Positions 46,926 through 56,894 of a DNA stretch of 64,000 bases are shown here, in pieces. The stretch covers positions 98,390 to 162,389 of the forward strand of contig BCKZ01000017.1 of the NCBI GenBank assembly GCA_001600815.1, written 5' to 3'. This DNA comes from Alloascoidea hylecoeti. Its lineage: Eukaryota. The stretch's first letter is position 1; the number at the start of each line of letters is the position of its first letter. The position numbers and the translations under genes are program-made. Under the pieces are notes generated by a model. That model was not told the DNA's origin, made no database searches, and worked only from the letters and a program-made list of their open reading frames with translations.

Positions 46926-48635
46926 ATGAAAATAATTCTAATAACTTGTTCAATTGGTTTATTCTCTTCATTAATATCAGCCTGGTCTCCAACTAATTCC
47001 TACGTTCCTGGTATTGTTGAATGTCCTCCAGAAAATCTAGTTAGAACTGCAGATGGTTTAAGTTCATGTGAAAAGGCTTGGATTGAAAAAAGACATATTG
47101 TTACTGATGCTGCAATGTTAGATTATTTTGCTAGAGCAAATCTAACTGATTTTGATCATCATGGGTTCTTATCAAATGTTTCTCTTAATATAGGTATGGC
47201 GTTTTCTGGTGGTGGTCTTAGAGCAATGTTAGCAGGTGCTGGGCAATTTTCAGCTCTTGATGGTAGAACCGTAAATTCAAATACAACCGGGTTAGGAGGA
47301 TTAGTCCAGGCATCAACATATATGACTGGCTTATCAGGAGGAAGCTGGTTACTTGGTACTCTTGTATTAAACAATTGGACATCTATTGAAGATATTTTAG
47401 AACCAAATTCTAAAATTTGGAATCTTAAATATAATCTGTTAAATCCTGGTGGCTTAAATCTAATAAAATCTTTTAAATACTGGAACAATATTTTGAAGGA
47501 AGTTGAAGATAAATTTGATTATGATTTCCCTGTAACTTTAGCAGATCCTTGGGGTAGAATGTTATCGTCCTATTTAATAGACATGCCCATAAATTACAGC
47601 TCTGGTTATACCTGGTCAGAAATTCCTCAACTTGGTGCTTTTGTTAATCATGATATGCCTTTTCCAATTATTGTTGCAGATGGACGATATCCAAACACAA
47701 AAATCATAAACTTAAATTCAACGGTTTTCGAAATAAACCCATTTGAATTGGGATCCTGGGATCCAACATTGAAAGCATTTACAAACGTTAAGTATTTAGG
47801 AACAGCTACAAATAAAGGTAAACCAATTAATGATTTATGCTTTGCGGGTTTTGATAATGCCGGATTTATAATAGGTACTTCATCTTCGTTATTCAATGCA
47901 ATAGTTCAAAAAATTGAAGAAAAGTTACCTCTAAAGAAAATTCTCGTAAAGATAATCGATGGAATTAAACGTAAGATCGGTGTTCTATATCATGATATTG
48001 CAATATATCAGCCAAATCCATTTGCAAATTTTAATTCTTTAAGCTCAATCACATCTTCTAAATTTTTATCTTTAGTTGATGGTGGTTTAGATGGACAAAA
48101 TGTTCCTTTATATCCATTGCTTCTAAAGGAAAGACAGGTTGATATGATATTTGCATTTGATAATTCAGCAGATAGAAATAACTGGCCTAATGGGGATTCT
48201 CTTATTTCCACATATGAAAGACAATTTGGAAAACAAGGCATTGACATGACTTTCTCATATGTCCCGGATAATGAAACCTTCTTGAAACTAAACCTAACTA
48301 AAAAACCTACATTCTTTGGCTGTGACGCTTTAAATTTAACTGACTTACCATCAAGTAATATTCCCCCTTTGGTTGTTTACATTGCAAATAGAAGATTTTC
48401 TTTTAATTCAAATGTTTCAACATTTAAATTGAAATATTCAGAAACTGAAAAACGATCCATGATTAAAAATGGTTATGAAGTTACAAGCAGAAATAATTTA
48501 ACATTAGATAATGAATGGAATGCATGTATAGGTTGTGCTATAATTAGACGTGAACAAGAAAGAAGAGGAATTGAGCAAACAGATCAATGTAAACGATGTT
48601 TTCAAGAATATTGTTGGACAGGTGAGATTTGCTGA
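46926..48635 (+). CDS. Secreted lysophospholipase / phospholipase B (Plb family), 569 aa
   Basis: Signal peptide then AWSPTNSYVPG; SGGGLRAM, GLSGGSW catalytic Ser motif, LVDGGLDGQNVP, C-terminal ACIGCAIIRREQER...CKRCFQEYCW. Confidence 0.94.
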   Translation: MKIILITCSIGLFSSLISAWSPTNSYVPGIVECPPENLVRTADGLSSCEKAWIEKRHIVTDAAMLDYFARANLTDFDHHGFLSNVSLNIGMAFSGGGLRAMLAGAGQFSALDGRTVNSNTTGLGGLVQASTYMTGLSGGSWLLGTLVLNNWTSIEDILEPNSKIWNLKYNLLNPGGLNLIKSFKYWNNILKEVEDKFDYDFPVTLADPWGRMLSSYLIDMPINYSSGYTWSEIPQLGAFVNHDMPFPIIVADGRYPNTKIINLNSTVFEINPFELGSWDPTLKAFTNVKYLGTATNKGKPINDLCFAGFDNAGFIIGTSSSLFNAIVQKIEEKLPLKKILVKIIDGIKRKIGVLYHDIAIYQPNPFANFNSLSSITSSKFLSLVDGGLDGQNVPLYPLLLKERQVDMIFAFDNSADRNNWPNGDSLISTYERQFGKQGIDMTFSYVPDNETFLKLNLTKKPTFFGCDALNLTDLPSSNIPPLVVYIANRRFSFNSNVSTFKLKYSETEKRSMIKNGYEVTSRNNLTLDNEWNACIGCAIIRREQERRGIEQTDQCKRCFQEYCWTGEIC

Positions 48636-49224
48636 ACAAAAGATTATGTATTTAAAGTTTGTAGCTAAAAATGAGATTGATACAAACCAGTATTGAGGCA
48701 GATAAGATGTTGTGGGTATTGATCATATGTAATCTTCTGTAAAAAACTTATTTTAATTCGATATTTCTTTGGATCATACACTTCTGACATTCACATTATT
48801 TGAATTATATTATTATTAGGTTCCAGACAATGATATTTTGTATAGCTCATAATAAACCCTATTTATTCTTAAGAAATCATTATAAATATATGTAAGGATA
48901 AAAGTACTTTCAACTCAAAAGTTATTAATCTCTTCGTAATTAATATGCATGCACATATTGGTTTTCGAGTTGCCAGATTAATCACTGCATATGCAGCGTT
49001 AACGGCAATTATTGTAGTATCATATCATTTTGATAAAATATAGCGATTTTGATTGGTTCATTAAGCCATCTTTTCCCTCTTTTAAAAAAAGTTGATGAAG
49101 CACCAGAAACAGGTATATTAAATAACTCTATGTCCATTATGAATATTCCCTCCCAAATTTCTTGATCTTTTATCATCAATAATTGGGGTATATAACATTG
49201 ATCTAAAGTTTCTACTATTATTAA

Positions 49225-49225
<1 letters not shown>

Positions 49226-49270
<45 letters not shown>
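49226..49270. repeat. (ATT)15 microsatellite
   Basis: Perfect trinucleotide run; reads as poly-Asn on the minus strand within a possible gene relic. Confidence 0.9.
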
Positions 49271-49272
<2 letters not shown>

Positions 49273-49972
49273 CTGGACTCTTTATATTTGATTCTGATGT
49301 TAATGAACAACTTAATAATCCTAAATCATTTATAATTGATCATTGTGATATAATGGAGTTAAATTACCATCTGAATTATTACAATTGATGGTATATGTAA
49401 TAGGTTCATAGAGAGACTCCTCAGAGTCCTCACCATCTAAAAATATTGGTCAGTACATGTATTACCTAGTTTTCTGCTAAATATTCCATTTAAGACGTTA
49501 TGATATGCGATCCAATTATATATTAATTAACAGTTTTCTTTTACTATCTGATACGAGAGGAAATTAATTCGGATATATATGAAAGAGGAAATTAAGAGAA
49601 ATCCGTATTAATCGGCCTAAGGGAAATTTTTTACTTAATTTTTTCATGGAAGAAGTTTAAAGGATAAAAACAAGTGATAGTGGTCAACCATTTTTTGTCT
49701 CATTAATAAAAAAAAAAGACCCTTACAGCAGGTATAATATAATTAATAATTTATATTTATATGTGTATGTTTAAGAGTCAAGATTAGAATTATATAATGC
49801 TATTACTAGTACAGAAAGAAAATTATTGGTAAGCAACAATTATTGTAACTTTTAAGATGTAGTATCGTTACTATTAAAATAGGAAATAAAGACAAATTTT
49901 AAAAATCCAATATAATGAAAAGAATTAGAAAAAAGTGATTTTTTAAATCAACAAAATTGTAATATTAAGTAT

Positions 49973-51793
49973 TTATTCCATGTCTTTAGAAGTTCTTTCT
50001 AAATATTCAACATGATCAGTTGCAATTGAACAAACATCTTTTGTACTTATATTTTGTTCTTCAAATGTTGAAAATTTAAAATCTTTTGCATAATCACAAA
50101 TTAAATATTTTATATTTTGCCATGTTATTAATTCAAAATCATAACCAACTATAAATCTCATGCCTGTACCATATATTCTTCTTCTTTCTCCATTTTCTGA
50201 TATTATAACTTTATCATTGAATAATCTAACTGGATTAAGCTTTGGAAAGTTTGCATGGATAAACATAACACCGGATTTTATATCGTTGTCTTCTTCCCTT
50301 TTGTGTTTTAAATTTTTGTTTTTTAATGGTGGTGATTGTTCCTTTTCATCCATAGTTTTATAGTTTGATTCTGATTCTGTAATTAAGCCAATTGTTATAT
50401 CCTGAGGTATTAATGTTTGAAAATACTCTATTAGTGAACCAAACATTGTATTTTTATTCTCAACTAATTTTTGATCAGTATTCATCTCTTCGTAGTGACG
50501 TTTTGAAAAACGTTCTTTTCCACTGGAAATACTGGAAGTACTTATCTCAATTTGTTGTTCATCTCTTTTCTTTTTCAAATATATTAGATAATCTTGTACA
50601 GGGTCATGTTGAGCCATACCAGTACCATGAAATTCACCATCTTCAAAATAACCAACAGCACCGAGGTTTGTATTCACTTGATAATAAGGTTCGTCTAAAC
50701 AAGCGGCAGCAGCAAGGAATGTTTCTTTGTCACCTTCACCATCGGATCCTTGTGAAAATAACGGGTAATAATAATCAGGACCATAAATATTATAATATAA
50801 AGATAATAATAAAGATTTCCAATGTAAAGATTTAGAAAACATTAACATTCCTGATTCAGTTGTTGGATCTGGTAATGTTCCTTTAAGATCATGAAATGGT
50901 ACTTCATTTAAATCTAAAATTGATAAATCACCTCTAACTCTTTCATTTGAAATTTCAAAACCTGCAATTTTATAATAATCTGGTGAAGTTGCTCTTCTCC
51001 AAAAATCCGGCCATGTAACTAAACCAGTTCTTACAAAAGGATAAGATGTTAATAAAGAATTTAAAGATCTCGTTGGCATATTATCAGCATCAAGATATAA
51101 TATATCATCAAATGACGAAATTAATAAGGCTAAAACTTTATACTGATAGCCTCTTATATTAAATTCATTCATTGTTTTTTCACCAAGTTCATCTTCAAGA
51201 ACTATACATTTTGCATCATAATCAGGAGCAACTTTTTCACAAAAATCAGCCTCATATTCTTTTCGAGTTGGTATAATAATTTCAATAGGTAGAGTAGTTT
51301 TTAAAGATCTTAAATTATGCATTGATAACAAAACAAGCCATGTATATCTATCACCACCGACATAAACGATACCTTTACCACTTGCACCTCTTGTAACTAA
51401 ATCATATAACGCTCCAGATATTGGGGAAGAAATTGAAATAGATGTAACAAATTCTGAATGGACTTTTGATAGATTCTCAATTTCCTTTGTAGAAACGTCA
51501 AGAAAGCTATATAAGTAATCTTTTGAGAACACATGCTCGGGTGGACTATCTGCTCCAGCATGATATATTTTTTGATCGGTTTTATATTTCTTTAGTGGGT
51601 CAATTGAAGGTTTCGTTTGTTTTAATAAATCAAACAAAGGACCATAGTCTTTCATATTCGGATTATTCGTCTGTTTAACATTTAAGATTTGTATCTGGGA
51701 TACCCCGTGAGAATGCCGGGTTATGATGAAAATCAAACATAATAAGGATAATATGACAAAAACAGACCTTTTCCGGCAATTTAGCTTTACCAT
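49973..51793 (-). CDS. MNN2: Golgi alpha-1,2-mannosyltransferase (Mnn2/Mnn5, GT71)
   Basis: Type II membrane anchor after ATG 51793; GKGIVYVGG, GYQYKVLALLISSFDDILYLDADNMP (DxD), WPDFWRRATSP, TESG, YYPLFSQG..GEGDKETF, MFIHANFPKLNP. The MNN2 versus MNN5 assignment is uncertain. Confidence 0.85.
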   Translation of the reverse strand: MVKLNCRKRSVFVILSLLCLIFIITRHSHGVSQIQILNVKQTNNPNMKDYGPLFDLLKQTKPSIDPLKKYKTDQKIYHAGADSPPEHVFSKDYLYSFLDVSTKEIENLSKVHSEFVTSISISSPISGALYDLVTRGASGKGIVYVGGDRYTWLVLLSMHNLRSLKTTLPIEIIIPTRKEYEADFCEKVAPDYDAKCIVLEDELGEKTMNEFNIRGYQYKVLALLISSFDDILYLDADNMPTRSLNSLLTSYPFVRTGLVTWPDFWRRATSPDYYKIAGFEISNERVRGDLSILDLNEVPFHDLKGTLPDPTTESGMLMFSKSLHWKSLLLSLYYNIYGPDYYYPLFSQGSDGEGDKETFLAAAACLDEPYYQVNTNLGAVGYFEDGEFHGTGMAQHDPVQDYLIYLKKKRDEQQIEISTSSISSGKERFSKRHYEEMNTDQKLVENKNTMFGSLIEYFQTLIPQDITIGLITESESNYKTMDEKEQSPPLKNKNLKHKREEDNDIKSGVMFIHANFPKLNPVRLFNDKVIISENGERRRIYGTGMRFIVGYDFELITWQNIKYLICDYAKDFKFSTFEEQNISTKDVCSIATDHVEYLERTSKDME

Positions 51794-52333
51794 GTTTTTG
51801 AAGATGATAATATTAGCAAGCAAGTTTCTTAATACTGAGAACGTTTATGTCTGCTTATGTAATCCAATCTAATAAAGGTGGGCTAAATTAAGTCAAATGA
51901 CTGTGATCTGCACGGATTGTCGCTGAGAAGAATAAACGAAGCCCCATCTTGTCTAAAAATGAGAAATATACAATGAAACGGAAACCCGAATGGAAAGTGG
52001 TGTTTCAAACTTCAAGTCTCTGACCTTAATACAGTAAGTTACATACAAAAGGAGGAATGGAGATAAAACGGTAATTGTATGCAACCAAAGTGGCCACACC
52101 ATATTACATAAATTATTATATTTTCTTAGGTAATCCTTTTATATACATCCGTACATCCACTATCTCTCAAAACGGAAATTGAAGTCACATAGCCCATGCT
52201 CACGTATACCGCACATATTCTTCCCGGCACACTCAAGTCAGACTGATATATACACACGCTTCTAAACTTTGATCATTGAAAATATCCAAAATTACTCTGT
52301 AGTAGTAACGACAGTCTGACAATTTGAATCAAC

Positions 52334-53203
52334 ATGCCACGTATGTATCGATTTTACGCTGTGTTTTGTTTTATCTCATATCAATCAATATTTGAGGATG
52401 GTTAGAAATGTTAAAGGTGAATCCGACGAGAGGATGAATAATTGTTGAAAATGAATGTTACCACTAAAATATCGGATCGTACTATGTTTTATCAACAATG
52501 AATGAATTATTATACACACATCGACTCCACAAATCATCTATTGATATGAATAATCAAAACATTACAGAGACTCATCTATAATTATCTTTCAGAATTAGCT
52601 TACTAACTAAACTGATTTATAAATATAGGTGCACCAAGAACATATTCTAAGACCTACACCGTCCCAAGACGTGCATACGATTCCACTCGTTTGGACGCCG
52701 AGCTTAAGCTCGTTGGTGAATACGGATTAAAGAACAAGAGAGAAATCTACAGAATTGGTCTCCAACTTTCAAAAATTCGTCGTGCTGCTCGTGATTTATT
52801 AACCCGTGATGAAAAGGATCCAAAACGTTTATTTGAAGGTAATGCTTTAATTAGAAGATTGGTTAGAGTTGGTGTTTTAAGTGAAGATAAAATGAAATTG
52901 GATTACGTTTTAGCTTTACGAATTGAAGATTTCTTGGAAAGAAGATTACAATCTCAAGTTTTCAAATTAGGATTAGCAAGATCTGTTCATCATGCTCGTG
53001 TTTTAATTAGACAAAGACATATTCGTGTCGGAAAACAAATTGTTAATGTTCCTTCTTTTATGGTTAGATTGGATTCACAAAAACATATTGATTTTGCTTT
53101 GAACTCTCCTTACGGTGGTGGTAGACCAGGTCGTGTGAAGAGAAGAAACCAAGCAAATGCTGCATCAAAGGGAGATGGTGAAGCTGAGGAAGAAGAAGAG
53201 TAA
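52334..53203 (+). CDS. RPS9: 40S ribosomal protein S9 (uS4); exons 52334-52340 and 52629-53203
   Basis: ATGCCAC|GTATGT...TACTAAC (52601)...TAG|GT gives [12 protein letters not shown]...[19 protein letters not shown]...[14 protein letters not shown]. Confidence 0.97.
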
Positions 53204-53547
53204 ATGATTAACAATCACAATATAAAAAAAGGTTCATTTATTATCTATCTATCAACAGAATACATTCAATCCTAAATTCATTATTAACTTAAATGCTTTG
53301 TTCAATTACGTGATTGAAATTGTTAATATCAAAGTATTTTTATGTATAGTAAATACGGTCGATTATATATACAAAATATAGTAATTTGACTTATTTATCG
53401 CCCAATTATTATTCCTTTAAACATATTTAGATCATACAGTGATGGTGGTGAGTGTATGCGCAGTAATTTATTTAAAATTGAGTATATCTAACCACTCTTA
53501 ATTAAACCTCCTAGAATACAATCACATACCCATAGAAGTATTAAACA

Positions 53548-54234
53548 ATGGGTAAAAGGTAATTATAAGATTTATTTATTGATTGGTTGTGATATTGTGG
53601 GAGTGGAGGTTTGATAATTTTTTCGTGTTTATATTTTATCAGAGATGAAATAATCACAACTGAACATTTAATTATAAAGAGAAATCCTAAAAATATCAAA
53701 ATGACATTTACATTTTAAAAGATCAGTTATAAATTGATATTTGTAGCGTCAGAAAATATAGATCAATCAAACCCATCTTATAATCTACAATATCAGACGC
53801 TCGTCTTATAAACTTGAACCATATGTCTGACTTGTTTATGACAAATAGGTAACATAACTTTATAAATAGTCGTGGTTATAGATATTGTTGATATTAAAGC
53901 TAATGGTTCAGTTCAAAAAGGCGTCATAAATATTACCATGGTAAAACAGGACGTGTCTATAATATTACAAAATCATCAGCTGGTGTTGATGTCAATAAAA
54001 TTGTTGGTAATAGATATCTTGAAAAGCGAGTTAACCTAATACTGGAACATAGAACTGAATTGTTAAGCAGGGTAAAAGAAAATGGTTTCAAAAAGTCAGA
54101 AGCAATCTAAAGGTGAACTTGTTCAATTAAAGAGACAACCTGTTAAACCAAGAATTGCACATCTTGTTTCAACGGAAGATAATATTCCCCAAACCTTGGT
54201 TCCCGTAACCTGTTGCTTATGAACTTTTATTTAA
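53548..54234 (+). pseudogene. RPL21: 60S ribosomal protein L21 (eL21) pseudogene retaining its intron (53559-53869)
   Basis: Exon 1 ATGGGTAAAAG|GT. Exon 2 reads S-RGYR/DIVDIKANGSVQKG/HKYYHGKTGRVYNITKSSAGVDVNKIVGNRYLEKRVNL..EH/..KGELVQLKRQP..PR.AHLVSTEDNIPQTL, with internal deletions and several frameshifts. Confidence 0.92.
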
Positions 54235-56894
54235 ATTTTTAGATACATTATAGAAATCTTAAAATCATCAATTTTCCCATGTTCAACATTTTTTAAAATT
54301 TTAATGATATAGCGCTATAGCTAGGTCCAGAGTTTCCCTCTTTGCTCGGACAGAAGCACATTAGAAGGTCACAGACATTCTATCCAAAGGTTCTTGAAAA
54401 GGCGCGATTACATTTAAATGTATATTAATTTTGATTCTGGATGTAGTTTTGATTTAATATCATTAAGCATTAAGAGTCTAGACGTTATGATAATAGCTAG
54501 CGCTAATGAGCCATGGCATTTCCAATAATTTAACATGAGAATATTATTATAATTATAATGTGAACTCGAACACAAAAACGGATGGACGCGAATCCAATCG
54601 AACCGGAATTATGTAGTAGAACCGTATATAAACAAAATTAAAAAAATTCGACAAGCTGATAATAATATTAGTAACTAGCTATGACATATACTCAGCAGCT
54701 AGTTCTTAACATGATAAACCATAACTATTAATATTAAAACACTGCCAATTGCAAAAATGTTAATAAAGTTTGAAAAAGCACTCACATATGGATATCTGCA
54801 TCCATGCATCCATCCAGATTATAAGATATTATTTTGGTGCAGAACAAGAATGTAGAAATAATAACTTATATAGTTAGCTATAGCTATAGGAGGACTAGGT
54901 GTAAGTAGCTAGCGTTAGCTATTATCCATAGCAGATTGTGCCAACATATTGTTTATATTGTTTATCTGGTCTAGGCATGAATATAACCATGTGACATCTG
55001 AATAATATCGGAGTTTAAGCTTAAACTAAGACCACAAGATTCGAATTTACGAAAGCTGCACCAATTATAATTATAACATCTATAGCAACTTGAACTGTAA
55101 TCACGTATCTTATAAGTATCTTATTTAAAAGATATTTAAAATTACATACAATTAATATTTTATAATTACATTTGATTTTGTGTTATGGATCGCGATATGG
55201 CCAATGGCCATCACCATACAATATCACTAATCATAGTAACAAATTGCATGCGTCCCTCTCCTTAATGTTACACGATTAATATTGATCAGATACACATCAA
55301 ATCTTAATACCTATTGGTTCTGTAAATACTCCTAATAGTCATATGATGAGTCATTGATGACCACCTCAGGATCGTGAGTGGCCTTGCAATTGGGAGAAGA
55401 AAAACGCCCAAATTAGATGTCGATGCTTATGGTTAACGGCATATAAGCGGTGAATATTTATATTTCTCTAATTTATGCTTAACACCAACGAAGAACGATT
55501 ACATATATTGGCCGATGTTAACAATAATATCAATACTTGGACCTTTAAATACAAGCCATAATAAACAATTAATTAAAATTGAAAAAAATGTAATATAAAT
55601 AAGCTTACTCTGCGTAATATTTAATTTGCTTAATATTTAATTTTCTTAATCTTTATCTTCCCTCAATTACCCCTTACATACTTATTATTACCTACTTACA
55701 TATTATTAATGTTAATTTTATATTATCCCTATTATAATTATAAACCCTTAATAATGATAACTTGATAACATATATATGAAAGCCTCTAGAAGAACAGGTA
55801 TACCTAAAGCTGATAAATGCATCATATAATATTAAAACTTTAATACATTTAAAGCTTAAGACCACATGCAGCGTATCTATTACTCGTACCCACCGATGAA
55901 ATGTAAGAAACCAGAATCATCGATAAACATAATATATATTTAATATAAATATTGAAATTATGTTTTTATTAATGAGGTCATCAACTCACACTTCAAAAGA
56001 TTTACATAACATAAATTTATACATGTTACGGCTATCAAATATTGGTAATCAATTTGAGATTATCTTTAAATGAAACCTTCTCTTCGATTTAATAGATTCC
56101 AGGAGGAGCGTTGCCTTTTGCTTTATTATAATTATTAGTTTGTTGAAACTTTGTTCACAAATGATTTGTACTGACCAAATCGAATAGCTTTACGGATGCA
56201 ACTTATACTTTTTGACACATCTTTGTATCCCTTCAAGGTCAATGATCGATCTGAAATGACACATCTTCATGATCTACACTCAACTACTGCCTCTTTTATA
56301 CATGAATATAGTTGACTCTCAAATTATAACTTTTGATTGGAGAAGCCGATCCGGAATATTTGTCTCTAATAGAGCAGCAAGGAACAAGAGTATGACCATC
56401 ATTAAATGTTGATGATCTATCGACTTTCATTTTGATTTGTAATTTTAGATCATAAAGAACCTGAACACAGACGCAAATCAACTCCAACACTGTAATTGAA
56501 GATAAAAAATACCAGTGTGTGTATGTACAAAGAGGAACATCGGGAGTAGGGTAAAATCTTAATTACAAGTTTATAACTTCATTATATATATATATATATA
56601 TATATATTTTTAAGAACTGGAACCAAATCTCTCGTTATGCGGGGGATAAATTATCGGAAAAGGGCTGAAAAATCATCGACATGATAACGAAGGTCTTTTT
56701 TCTTTGTAGTTGATGTGGCTTTTAATAATTATACTCTTAGTTTTCCAATATCGATTTCTATTACTTGGTGTTAATTTACGATCAATAAGGTGATGGTATA
56801 CGTGTTATAAAATACAAGATCATTGATCATCAACTTGAAATACTTTAATTATATAGTCTATCATATACAAATTTCAAATAAATATTAATTCAGC

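Noticed and set aside
56050..56560. Coding-like minus-strand segment (ORF 56296-56490)
   Set aside because: Could be a gene relic, but no family motif could be identified in any frame.
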